Assembly (NCBI GenBank): GCA_013239625.1
Contig: MU057352.1
Span: 30,511,277-30,575,276, forward strand
From: Lama guanicoe
Taxonomy: Eukaryota
Reading direction: 5' to 3'
Length of the DNA stretch: 64,000 nt
Part shown: one piece after another, positions 25,093 to 36,895 of the stretch
How the letters are laid out: every line of letters begins with the position of its first letter
Numbering within the stretch: position 1 is the stretch's first letter
Program-made: the position numbers and the translations under genes
The notes under the pieces: model-generated
What the model was told of the DNA's origin: nothing
The model's input: the letters and a program-made list of their open reading frames with translations, nothing else
Databases searched by the model: none

Positions 25093-25620
25093 TTTGTTCG
25101 TCTGTCCACACGCACAGAACGCGCAGCATGAGGAGCGGACCCAGAGGCGGCCCGCAGACTCCGACAGCGACGGGGGCGTGTCAGCGCGGGTTTGCCAAGC
25201 GCTACAGACTCCGCAGCGCCTGCGCTGGTGCGCGACGTCGTCGGTGACGGGAGGCTGTGCGGGCCGGGGAGGCAGGGGTGGGGGGCACACGAGCAATCTC
25301 TCTGCCTGCCTTTCGGTTTTGCTGCGCACCTAGAGACTTCGCTTTACAGGAGTTTTGATGCCCCATCGGCCCCAAGACGGAGCCTTGGCCTGAATATTCC
25401 TAATCTAAGCGGGGAATGGCGCTTTCCCTTCCTCCCCCGTGGCTTCCAACGCCGGCCCCAGCCCCTGTGCTGCGAGCACGGCGGTCGGCTACCGCGGCAA
25501 GCGGGATTCGCCTTCCCCGTCGGAAGGAAAGAACTGATCCCCCACGTGGACCCGCTCCGCTTAGGAGACTTCACAGAGTGTCCCGCTTCCCGGATGTAGA
25601 ACATGGTGGTGGCCCTGTAC
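25093..25620. promoter_or_regulatory. CpG-island promoter, possibly bidirectional
   Basis: Visibly the densest CpG stretch in the window; NRF1 motif GCGCCTGCGC (25216-25225), Sp/KLF boxes (ggggcgtg, ggggtgggg), CRE-like cgacgtcg; no TATA box and no CDS. Confidence 0.65.
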
Positions 25621-26499
25621 GTATCCCAGGACGTTTTAAACATCTCCTTAATTGCTTTGCCTGTGCCAGGTTGACCTGTTTTCAGACCTGGTTGAGACAC
25701 CATGGCGTGGGGTATGGTATTTGGGTTCCTAAGAAGACACCACAGGTGCCTGAAGTTTGGGGTTCAGCTCCATGTGGGGGAACCTTGACCTCTAGGAAGA
25801 AAGATGAGGAGGGAGGGCAGGCTGATGAGTCCTCCTCTGTCGTCCGCGGACCACTCAGAAGTGCAGTCTCTCCACGACCCTCCCATGCCTAGTGAGTGAA
25901 CCTGCTAAGCCAGAACCTACGCCAGCCTTCAGCTCTTCGTGATGGGGTATCCAGAGCGGGGTGCACTGGTCCCACGACCTCACACCTTTCCTTTCATCAC
26001 TTATTTCTTCTTCACGCTCACCCTCACCCTAGCTAAGGCCAGCCACAGTGCTGGTCTGACCTTTTCAATCAACCAGGTGGGGAACTTCAGGGCATGAATT
26101 GTCGCACAGAGACCGGTGTGGGACAGAGATGCCCAATCATTGGCGGGGGCTGCCCAGGAGGAACAGGCCTTCGACGTAAATGCCGAGATGAGTCCTGAAC
26201 ACACTGAGCGCTGGAGGCTGTCACACAACTCCTCTCCTTGAAGGCGAACACATTTCCTCAAGACCCGGGGCACACACTTCCCCGCGTGTGTAAGGGAGCA
26301 GCTTCCCCAGCCTCTGGGGGGCAAACAGTGAGGGAGGCTGGAGGGATGAACTCCAGCCCTGTCACTCCAGTCGGTCTTGAGCTAGAACAGGTGGGCACAC
26401 TCCTGCCCCCAGCGCCCGTCCTCAGCCCTCTCCCCAGGATGTTTGACATCAGCCCGAGTGCTTTCCTTGACAGTGTGAGTCGGACTCGCTCCTGAGGGT

Positions 26500-26840
26500 G
26501 CCTGAGCCCCTGACAACCGTCCCTGGATAATGACCATTCCAGGCTGGTTTGCTGTGAACATCCGCTCACCTCGGGACAGGGCAGGACCTCCACAGACACA
26601 GGCCGGGCTCTACACTGGGACCAGCTGGCCCCTGGCCCTTGGTGACAAGAGAGCAGTGTACTGCTGGGGCGCATAGCACGTCTCCCACAGAGGGCCACCT
26701 CTCCAAGGTCGAGAAACATAACTAACCTACCTAAAAGTACAGAGAAAGGCAGACGGAATGAGGCGGCAGAGGAATATCTTCCAGGACAAGGCACAGGATA
26801 AAATCCCAGAAGAAATAAGTGATGAGGAGATAGTGCAGGA
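26500..26840 (+). mobile_element. L1 5' UTR/ORF1 N-terminal fragment
   Basis: ATG at 26758 encodes MRRQRNIFQDKAQDKIPEEISDEEI, typical of the laurasiatherian L1 ORF1p N-terminus; similarity stops after ~25 codons. Confidence 0.75.
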
Positions 26841-29800
26841 CCAAGATCCATCCGAGGGGCCCACTCGGCGCCACCCCTCCTCCCCGCGGCCTCTAGTGCT
26901 GTCAGTCGTGCTGTCCGGCTGTCGTGCTGTCCGGCTGTCCTCTGCCTCCCTCCCGTCCTGTTCTTATCTGGAGACTCCTTGGACACATCACCATGCTGTC
27001 ACCAGAGCTCATTGCATCTGGCCTCTGATGTCAAACAAGAAACTGAAGTTTTGCTGCAGATGCCACCCAGCTGCCACGCAGGCTACGTCTGTATCTGATG
27101 GTGGCTTTTGCACAATTGGTGCTTTTTTCCTCAAGTCATAACAAGCACAGAAGGCCCCCAGAGCTGGCTTCCTTCTCAGCTGGAAACTTCTCCCAAAATA
27201 GATCAGAGTCCGTGACCTCAGCCTACTTTAGGTGTCCTCCAAGGACAAAATGTCATCAGGACAGAACCTTGACTTGTTACTCAAGCAAAATGTGGTGCTG
27301 GTTCTCCCAATGCCAACTGATGTCCAGAGATGAAAAGGCTTTTGGAGTTTCCAATTAAAGGCCTCTGTACTGCAGGCCGCAGGAGGCTGCTGCAGGTCAC
27401 AAGCTGCACGAAGCATCCCCAGGAAGGCCCAGTGAGTTTGTGTGGTGTCCTCAGCATATCCTGACTCAGGGTCCAGATCCTGCTGTTGGGCGTCTGGTTT
27501 GGGCATGTGGGACAGAGGCCTGGCGTCGCCAGCTATGGAAATCATTTGTCTTGCAGTCAACCACAAGGTGCTTGTGTGAGGCTGGGAGTAGCGCCCCCAG
27601 TCCCAAGCAAGCCTGGGCTAGGGGTTCCTTGCTGAGGTACAGCAGTCACTGACCTGGATGGCGGCACGGAGACCACAAGGAAAACCCTGCCAGGCCAAGG
27701 TGGTGACCAAGGCTGATGTGTCTGTGGACAAGTTCATGTGCACTAAGGACAAAAGGCCAAGAATACTGGCTCCGGGAGTGGGAATCCATCCCTAGGGATG
27801 GTCCTGCTGGCTCCCAAAACAGAGGGGTTTCTCTGCAAATGGGCCCTGGCCACGGCCTCCACTGCTGCTGGAATAGCTAGATGATACTCGCGTCCAGATC
27901 AGAGGGAGCAAAAGCTCCGCCTGCGAGTGGAGGGGCTTATCAGGGGGCAGCGGCTCAGAGAAGGGGAGCCGGGCCCTTGAGGAGCAGGGCACACTGGTGT
28001 CGATGAAACGTGCTATGGCTCATGGAGAGCCGCCTCCACAGGGGTCATGTTCTTGCCTGATCCTCCGGAGCGCGCAGCTCTGGGGCTGCCTACCTGACCC
28101 CTGACCCCTGACCCCTGGCCTGAGGGCAGAGCAGAGGGGGCAGTCTGGTCTGGAGGGAAGCGTCACTCTTAGAACTGGGCGCTGAGGAGGTTCCAGACTC
28201 TGAGATCAGGCTGACCTGACTGTGCTTTGAGGTCCCCGCTCCTGCCTCTGCCTCCACACGTCCATCGATGCTACGCGGGGAGGGGACCACAGGCTGCTTC
28301 TGAGCTTCGTGAGGCTGGCTGCCTCTTCTGATAGGGTCCTGAATTTGGTGGCACTAACCATCTTCCTTGATGGAAGTTGAAGAGAGAAAAACGCCAGTCA
28401 CAGAGACCGAGTAGGAGACGAATTCGGGGTTTGTCTCCTCAGTCACAGCCCACCCGCTCTCAGTTTCTGATGGATTCCTTTGTGCTGATGTGGGTGTAGG
28501 AGAAAAGTGTATCTTTTGTAATACAGAAGACCAAATGATATCCCATTTACTTAAAATTAGTGTTTTCTTTAAATGTATGTGAAGTTATAATTCCTGACAC
28601 AACTATTACATCATAGGCTATAAGAACTCCTATGTACTTCAAATACACAATAACTCTTCTCATAAAAATGGAATATGAAACCATAAAAATGTTCCCAGTG
28701 TGCTCACTAATATCTTCTGGGCTGCCAGTGGGACGTGGCCCACAGTCTGGAAGCACAAAGCCGTCAGCCGTGGAGGACACCCTGCTCCCTCCTTCGTCGC
28801 TGCTGCTTCACCGCTCCTCTCGTGGCCGCAGCCCCAGGAAAGCCAGAGGGGCAGGTCGGGGGACTGCAGGGGACTCCTGCCTCAAAGCTGCCTCAGCTCA
28901 AGTCACCTTCCTCCAAGGAGGAGAAGACCAGGTGGGGCATTGGGAAAGAGTTTCTCAGATTTTACTGGACCCTGGAGATACAGAACAGCATGTTTGAGGT
29001 CCTTAAGGTGCTGGGGCGGGGCTCTTTTTTCTGGAGTGCCACTGGTTATTTCCCAATCTTTAAAAGAAGGCACTGGACTCGAGGGTTTTGGAGCACAAAG
29101 ACTGAGGTGCTAAGGAGAGCCAACCCCCAGCATCCCACCGCGTAACTGACCGGAACCACGGTAGCAGCTCAGCTGACTGCGGAGTTCTGCTTTGGGGCCA
29201 GTCTGTCTGGGGCTTAGTCCAGGGGTGCTTCTGAAAGCTGGAGAACCTAGAAGGACTCCAGACCTGTTCTCTGGAGGCTCTGCTGGGGAGTGCTCCAGGC
29301 AAAAATTGGTTTCTTCATTGCTTGCTGAAGAATCGAGGTCAGGACCAGGGGAAGCCCTGGAGTTGTTACTGGGAACGCAGGTGGAGTGCTGTCGTGGTTC
29401 GAGGCTGGGCACTGCAGACAAAGCCCACGCCAGGTCCCTTGGCTGGCGCTGGTCAGGTGCGTGGACTGAATTCACGGGTGGGTACATAGTAAGTACCCAG
29501 ATGTTAGTGGTGTTAACGCTGCTCCTAATTCTGATGCTAGTGGGGATAAACTTTTATAGGAAGGCCATCAACTTCTTGAATTCTGTTAGCTTGATATGTT
29601 GCTGCTTTAGAAATGTCCAAAATACATTACTAGGTCTTAATCTGTCTCCAAGAAAGTACAGAAGTTCTGCTCCCTGCCCCAAGCTCTTCCCCAGGAAACA
29701 CGACACATGCAAATTACTATAATGGCAACCACCCAGTCCTGATTGGGTGTCATATTTCATGCCATTTCAATACATATCATATTTAAAACTCTCATTTGTC

Positions 29801-29874
29801 AGTATTTATATTTTTGTCAGTTTTCATTCCTTCCTTCATGCTTCATCTGCACCAATTAACTTCTTCCTGAACAA

Positions 29875-30935
29875 TATTTTTTAGCTTTGAGATAAAATTG
29901 ACAAATAACATTGTAAGTTTAAAGTGTACAATATGACTCGATACTTACTGCAAAATGATTGCCACTGTAGTGCAAGGTAATACCGCCATCATTTCACATA
30001 ATTAGCATTTCCTTTTTGTAGTCAGAAATTAAGATATACTATTAAGAACTTTCAAGCATACAACATACTAACTATTATCACCATGCTGTGAACGAGATCC
30101 CCAGAACTGATCTTCCAGCTGGAAATTCGTACCCTTTTGATCAGCGTCTTCCCACGTCCCCCACCCTCCAGCCCTTGGCAACTACCATTCCACAGTTTCC
30201 ACAAGTTGGGCTTTTTAGGATTCCACATGTAGGTGAAATCATACAGTGTCTACTTTCCTCTGACTTATTTCACTTAGGATGATGCCCTCAAGGTCCGTCC
30301 ATGTTGTCACAGATGACAAGGATTCCTTCCTTCTGGTGGCTGAATAACAATCCATTGTGTCTAAACACCACATTTTCACATTCACCCGTAACAGACGCAA
30401 GTAGTTTCCGCGTCTTGGCGATTTGAATTATGCCACAGTAAAGATGAGGGTGAGGATATTACACTGAGAGAGTGTTTATTTCTTTTGGCTGTACACCGGA
30501 AGTGGGATAGCTGGATCGTATGGCAGTTCCTTTTGTTTGTTTTTATTTACAAACCTCCATACTGTTCCCCATAATGACTGCACCGATTTACATTCCCACC
30601 AACAGTGCATAAGGGCTCCCTTTCTCCACACCCTCACCAACGCTTACGTCTCTCCCTTTTGCAAGCCGTTCTGTGTGCGGTAGTATCTCACTATAGTTCT
30701 GACTTGCATCTCTCCGAACAGTGATGGTGAGCATCTTCATGGACCTGCTGGCCATTTGCACATCTGCTTTGGGAAAACGTCTTTTCAGTTCTTCTGCCCG
30801 TATCTTAGACTGTTTTTGCTATCGAGTTGTGTAAGTTCTCTATCTATTCTGGATATTAATCCCTTATCAGGCATGATTTGCAATTATTTCCTCCCACTCC
30901 ATATGTTGCCTTTTCATCTTGGAGGTGGTTTTTGT
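29875..30935 (-). mobile_element. L1MA9-like LINE 3' end
   Basis: ttgagataaaattgacaaataacattgtaagtttaaagtgtacaatatga...gagatccccagaactg...cattcccaccaacagtgcataaggg...ggatattaatcccttatcag. Confidence 0.85.
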
Positions 30936-31760
30936 GCCTTAAGAACAGTCTTACTTCCCATAGTGCAAGTCTGCTGGTGACAATTTTATTTTCACTAAAA
31001 ATATCTTTACCTTTATTTTAAACATAAACTTTCAGTACAACATACATTCAGAAAAGTGCACACACATCAAAAGTGAACTTTGAAAAATTAATTGCAGCTC
31101 TAAACATACCTATGCACTCAGTACTTTTAATTCCAGTTTCTAGTGCTTTTTCTGTGTATAGAAGCACAATTGCCTTTCTAAAAAATATTAACCTCATATC
31201 CAGCAACCTGTTAAAAATAGTGTTTATTTTTAGATCATAGCTGCTTTTGGATCCTATACATACAAAAATCAGGTCATCCGTGCATAAGTTTTACTTCTTT
31301 CTTTAGAATCCTCAGGCGTTCTGCGTCTTTCTGTTGCATTTTACCTCCAGGATGTCGTTCAGGGGGAGCAGTAACACTGACGATCTTTCCACACTCAGAA
31401 GAAAGGTTTCCAATATTTCACCATTAAGGTGCAACGTTCACCTTCGGGATTTTTATTCCTTATTTGCTGGTGCCATTTTATTTAACAATGACAAGGGGCT
31501 GTGACTTTTATCACTGTTTCTACATATATCCCAGTGATCACACGACTTTTATTTGTTAATGTGGGGAATTTCACTGAGTTGGAGGAGGGGGTTCTGTATA
31601 AAATAGCTCTTGCATTCCTGGGGGGGTACCTATTTGCTCATGCTGAGCTCTATTTCTGTACCACTAGGTCAGATTTGTTAGTTATTTTGGATTTTTGAAA
31701 CTACATGAAAGGAATTGCTGCCCAGCTTCCCTTTTCTAGCTGACTCCGTGTCACGTGCTT
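30936..31760 (-). mobile_element. Older L1M fragments
   Basis: T-rich antisense L1 ORF2/3' motifs (aatatttcaccattaag, cttgcattcctggg). Confidence 0.55.
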
Positions 31761-32866
31761 ATGCTTATAAACTGTGAGGAACTGATCCCTTACAAACAGC
31801 ATGAGGAGTTCTGAGGGCCAGAGGAAGCGCTGACATTCTTCTTGGAGCTAAAATCTGGATGTCCAGCAGGTCTGCTTGGTTTTTTTTTCCCTGCTTGATT
31901 CTTGGCTACATTCCCTTTGCACGTCTCAACAATTTGAACAACAGGCATTGTGCGTGAGAAGAACCCAGTGTCTCCCACCAGAGAGGACCATTCTCCCTGC
32001 TGGGCACGTGGGCTGGGGAGACCTCCCCTCGCCCTGTATCAGAGACTGAGCTGGTCACCACCAGTTTTAGTGAGACTCTGGGGTGCCCTTATATGGGGGG
32101 ATTTGGTGGAGAGCCCGGAAGTTCAGTTTAGTTTCACCATGAAGGCTGTTGGAGACCTTGCTCTGCGTATCAGCATCCCACCGCCTCCGCAGCTGCAGCA
32201 CCTGGAGAACAGCGTGCCTGGGGTGGGCCCTTCCCCAGCACATCTGCGCCCTATGCACGGCAAGACTGCTACCAGTTTCACTCTGCCGCTCATAAGCTCT
32301 CAGCCCCAGGCCCAGCCCTCTGTGCAGCCCTGAGACCGAGAAGCTGCCCCCTGGGACAGCTGGTCATGCTCTCAAAGCCTTCACACCTCCAGTCTGTCAT
32401 AGCAGCCTGCACAGCAGCAAAAGCTCTGCTGCCTTTGTCCCAGCAGAGGCCCCGGGCCTGCCGGGTCCTCAGCCCATGCCCAGAACCGACAACTGCCACC
32501 AGCAGACTGCGGGCTGGCTGTAAGCAGCTCACCCCCAACTCACCCCCACCATTCCCCCAGCTCAAATTTAGTTTATCTAGTCATCTGTGCGGCTGTGGTT
32601 CTGATGCCTGTAACGCTGGGGTTTTTGCTTGGGTTTCTTTGGGGGTTTTTTGGGTAATTTAGCTTTTCCTAGTTCAGCAAGAGTCGTGACCTGCCTTGTA
32701 TCTAGAAGCAGAGATAGCTCAGGGTAATTTCTAAAACTCAGTAGCTAATCTAGGAAAAAATCAAGATGCTTTAATGTAGAAAATGACCTTACAGTGACAT
32801 GTCTGTAGTCCACGGATACTGTTCAGGCCCAGGTCAAGTGTCAGCCCCACACAAGTCTCTCTTAAG

Positions 32867-33038
32867 CAGGTCCAGCTTCATGGGCACGTGGCCCGGGGAG
32901 TCACACAGACCCCGTGCTCGGAAAGGCCCTGCACTTGGTTTAATGCTTTGCTATCATCTTCTCAAAGCTCTTGGCTATTTAACGAGAGGGCCTGCGTTTT
33001 CGTTTGGCCCCAGGCCCCACAAGCTGAGTGGCTGCTCC
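32867..33038 (+). mobile_element. MER91A (hAT-Tip100) non-autonomous DNA transposon
   Basis: caggtccagcttcatgggcacgtg...gtcacacagaccccgtgctcggaaaggccctgcacttggtttaatgct...ggccccac follows the MER91A consensus. Confidence 0.8.
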
Positions 33039-33137
33039 TACACTTGATCTTTGTTCCTCTTATGGTTCCTTCCTCTGAACCCCTACTCTGCTCCTAGCAA
33101 GGTCCCACAGGGTGATACTTCTTGTTTACTTGCATCC

Positions 33138-33155
33138 CACGTGTGCCATGGAAAC
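33138..33155. promoter_or_regulatory. E-box overlapping an RFX X-box-like site
   Basis: CACGTG (33138-33143) followed by GTGCCATGGAAAC (33143-33155). Confidence 0.35.
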
Positions 33156-35844
33156 GGCTATTAAGTAGTTCTCTCCTTTGAAGTGAGACATAGGGAACTT
33201 CCAGGGTGACTCCCTTCCCCTGACTAAGAGGTGATGACTGTACCCACCCTCCAGAAATCCTCAAAGGCCCAGGACCCGGGACTCCTCATCCCAGGAAACC
33301 CGTGTACTTACAACTGGCAGGAGAAGGGCTTCAGATGCTCATCATGCCAGCGAACTGGAGGAGAATGGAAAAGACAGGAAGCAGGCAAAGGGTGAGGACC
33401 AGCGGTTCAGTCAGAGAGCAGGCCACGAGCCCCGGACAGTCCGGAGGGGAGGGCTGAGACTGCAGTGGGCAGGGCTGAGGGACCCCCTGCCTCTCTCTGG
33501 GAGACCTGAATCCCAGGACTCCCTGGCTGCCTCCCTCCCTGCCCCCCACCAGCTCTCCTGTCCTCACTCTTGCTCATCCTAAAAGGACAGCGGGCAGGTC
33601 TCCCGGCAGGCAAGTCCCTAAGGGGACAGAGGACGTGACAGCCTTTGTCCAATGAAACCCGTAAGGAGATGACAAGGGGGTCCTGCCAGAACCAGACCCC
33701 TTCAAAGAGCCGTTCTTCCCTTCGAAACCTCTGTCCTTCAGAAAGGGATCTTGGAAACTGACTCCCTCCAGCTCAGGAAGCCAGGGTGAGGCTTGGATTG
33801 TTGACTCAGAAGTACTGGGCAGGGAAGACATGGCTGAACTTGCACTGGTCCAGCAGCAGCCGAGGGGTTCCACATCACCATGGAAACCAGCGTCAGGTGG
33901 GCGCGGAGAGAGGGGGCAGCAGAGGGTTGCTGAACGCTGGAGGGCTGGAGCCTCGTGCACCCGTGGGAGAGCCCTGCCCTGAAGCTCCTCTGTGCTTTAT
34001 CGGACCTACTCACTAAATTCCATAAAACCTGGCGGTTACTGGAGGCAGCCAAGTCTTGTGTGGCCCTCTGCTCAGTAGAAGCAGTCATATCGATCCAAAC
34101 GGGGTGATACGAATGGTCATTAATTAAAGACTCCATAATGAGGGGAAAAGCTGTCACTGCGGTGACCAGAGAGAGCCAAGCCCTGTCCTAGGCATGTTAT
34201 CACTTAATTCACTAGCTCTTGTGGCACCCGAGGAGTAAATGGGGGTGGGTGTAGACGCTGCTTTACTGACCAGTAGAAAGCTGTGTAAATCTTCAGTGTG
34301 TCTTGATCTTGCTTGAGCCAAATAAACCTATATTGTGGCAGATGTCCTATGGGGCTGAAAGGCAGGATGCTGACAGTAAACTTGGTTGAAATTCTTGATG
34401 CCAACTCTTCTTCCCAGCAGTAAATGAATAAAAGTGAAGCCATTCTCTCTCGGTCCCTCCTTAGTAATAAAGCTGCATTAACTGTGCCTGGGCTGTAAGA
34501 CGTAGACGGGGTCTCGGCAGAAACGCAGGATGTTCACCGTCTTTGACCCAGAAACCTTGCGACTAAACGTCACGAGTGTATCCATGAACTACGGACTACA
34601 TCATAATAAAAATATTAAGAGTCAAAATGCTAAACAGCAGCTTCAGAATCAGTGTTTGCTCATGTAACTAAGTGAGTGTCATTGGTCTATTAAGACGCGA
34701 TTTGGCAAGCTGAGTTGTCAGGTCAGGACCAGGACCTGTGGATACTTACAGCGAGGCAGGTTTTGACTCAAAACAATGAAGTCGTCAGCCAGCTGTCAAC
34801 AGGTGGAATGAGTGGACTAGGGTCGCTAAGCAGACGCTAGTTGTCTCCTGGTGGCTGCCTCGAGTAGGTGACAGGCGTGATAAACCAGACAAACATGGTG
34901 CTGGAAGTCCCAGGCCCCTCCTGCCCCTGGGTGCCCTCGCCCGGGGTCTCCAACGTCAACTTTCCTAGGCACCGGGGAAGCCAGGTGGCGGTTCCAAAGG
35001 CTGCATCACTGGTCACCTACTTGTTTCACGCTGTGCTCTTCTCCAGAAGACGGGGGAGCCTTTGAAAGCAGTGTGTCTGCCCTGAGCTGGTGAGAGACAC
35101 CGCTGGCCGAAGTGGAGAGTTCTGTTCATGTGCTGGTTTCCTCCCCGAAAAGAGCTCATTCCATTTCTCCGGAGGTGGGAATGCAGAATTCTATATCCCT
35201 CCTCACCTTGACACTGATTCTGGCCTCGCCCTTCACCCGGGGCTTTCCGTCTTCATCTCACAATTGTCTACACAATTGACCCCTAGTCTCGATGCTTCTC
35301 TTCATTGACCAGAGGTGGATGCCCGCTATTTAGGCACCAGGCGCTGTTCTGGGCATGAGGCATGCATCAGTGAACAAGCTGGACAAGGCTCCTGCCCTCC
35401 TGGAGCGTCTAGTGGGAAGAGACTGATTAGAGCTCTTCCCCCCCACCCCCCCCAAAGAACATCAGAGCAACAGGAGTTAATGAAGTCAAGTAGGGTGGGC
35501 TTCGGTTAGCCTCAACCCCCTTCACAAACTTCACATTCTCTTTGCCTCCTCTATTCAAATAGGGCAAACTTGATACTCAGATCCCAGCTGAGCTGGCCTC
35601 TTCCTTACTCCTCCAAGCTTGCTTCCTCCACAGCTAATGACAAACACAGTTCTAATTTACTTGGAACCAAATCTGAGCTTTGACGCTTCTTAGCAATTTT
35701 CCCATAGCTTTCCCTGCCTCATCTCTTCATAACATGTGATATTTGGGGGGAAAAAGTGGTATCTAATCTAAGACAGAAGACATCAGTGGCCAGGACCGAA
35801 TATTTAGCTCTGCTTCAATGGAGTTGTGTTCCTCCCATAGCCAT

Positions 35845-36325
35845 TGCTGGGTTCCCCTCAAATCAGGCCGTAAGAAAACCAGATCCTTAGACAAGGGTTT
35901 ACTTGCAGAGCGTGGAGTTGCTGACGAGGAAGTGAGCAGGCGAGACACGGGGGAAAGGCAGGCAGAGGTGCCTTAATAAGGCAGCTGCCAGTGTGTGGCT
36001 GGAGCTTAACCCTTCAGGAGGGCTCTAGGACTTCGTATAAAACACACACTACAGAATGGCCCCAGACGGAGAAAGCTGGGCTGTGCGTGTTCCTGACACT
36101 TTTAGCCACCAATTAAAGCGAATCCCAGTGGTATCTGGGGAGGATGTTAATCCCGAGGCATTCCCAGCCTTTTATGTTGCAAAGTGGGTCCCACAGGTAC
36201 AAGTGGCCTCCGAAGAAGATGCAGGTGTGCTGATGCAGCTGTGGGAGGTCAGCCTGGGGTGCACACCACTGGGAGGGGGCTTCAAGGGGCGTTGGGGAGG
36301 GCTGACAGCATGGAGCAGCAGGTAC
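35845..36325 (-). mobile_element. LTR16/MLT-type ERVL LTR
   Basis: gggttcccctc...cttagacaagggtttacttgcagag... and terminal gggagggctgacagcatggagcagca. Confidence 0.5.
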
Positions 36326-36439
36326 TAAGATGACCTATTTTCCCGTCACTGGTAGAGCTGCCCTGTAAGAAATGCTGGAGTCCTTCAGACTTCAGTGAAA
36401 GGCCACTAGGCAGCAACTCAAATCCGTATTAAGAAACGA

Positions 36440-36604
36440 TGGCTGGGGGATTTCCTTCGGGATGATGGAAATATTCTAGAACAAGTTGGTCGTGATGGCT
36501 GTACAATGTCGTGAATATACTAAATGAAACTGAATAGTACTAAATGGTATACTTGGAAATGGTTAAAATGGTGAATTTTATGGGAATTTTACATCAACTT
36601 AAAA
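36440..36604 (+). mobile_element. L1MB/MC 3' end
   Basis: ggatgatggaaatattctagaac...gatggctgtacaatgtcgtgaatatactaaat...aaatggttaaaatggtgaattttatg. Confidence 0.8.
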
Positions 36605-36689
36605 GTCTTCTCAGAGATGGAATAAACTAAGTAACTACCTAGGACCCATCTGATTGAACTGTTGCCCTCCCAAAGGATCTCACATCATC

Positions 36690-36895
36690 AAATCCAAGAT
36701 CTTTGTCAGAGCCACAATCTTAGCTGTGGAATGGCTGAGAATATTGGAAGACCATGTACACCGACCAGGCTGTCTTGGTGGAACTGGCTTCAACTCTCAG
36801 CCTTAATGAGCCAATAGTAAGGTCTTGGTTTAATAACCACGTCAAATGGATGCAGGCACAACCCAGGCGGAGACGTCCTCTGAAAATCCCTAGTA
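36690..36895 (+). pseudogene. LEUTX: Processed pseudogene of LEUTX (PRD-class/ETCHbox homeobox), decayed
   Basis: Conceptual translation RATILAVEWLRIL/(frameshift)KTMYTDQAVLVELASTLSLNEPIVRSWFNNH-VKW aligns to my recollection of human LEUTX RPRTRFLSKQLTAL...KTMHPSLATMGKLASKLQLDLSVVKIWFKNQRAKW. The PRD-class intron between homeodomain codons 46/47 is absent; a helix-1 deletion causes a frameshift and R53 is lost. Confidence 0.75.

Larger units (their letters stand above)
5120..25400 (-). ncRNA. Putative spliced long non-coding transcript (predicted from motifs only)
   Basis: CpG-island promoter at 25.1-25.6 kb; internal exon candidates 19604-19772 and 10311-10374 with consensus splice sites; poly(A) signal at 5142-5147; no coherent ORF. 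Confidence 0.35.

Noticed and set aside
26258-26986. Longest ORF (242 aa)
   Set aside because: GTG start, partly antisense to an L1 ORF1 fragment, GC-rich chance ORF.
29192-29722. 176-aa ORF with a hydrophobic, TM-like stretch
   Set aside because: TTG start, no signal peptide or family similarity, no supporting exon structure.
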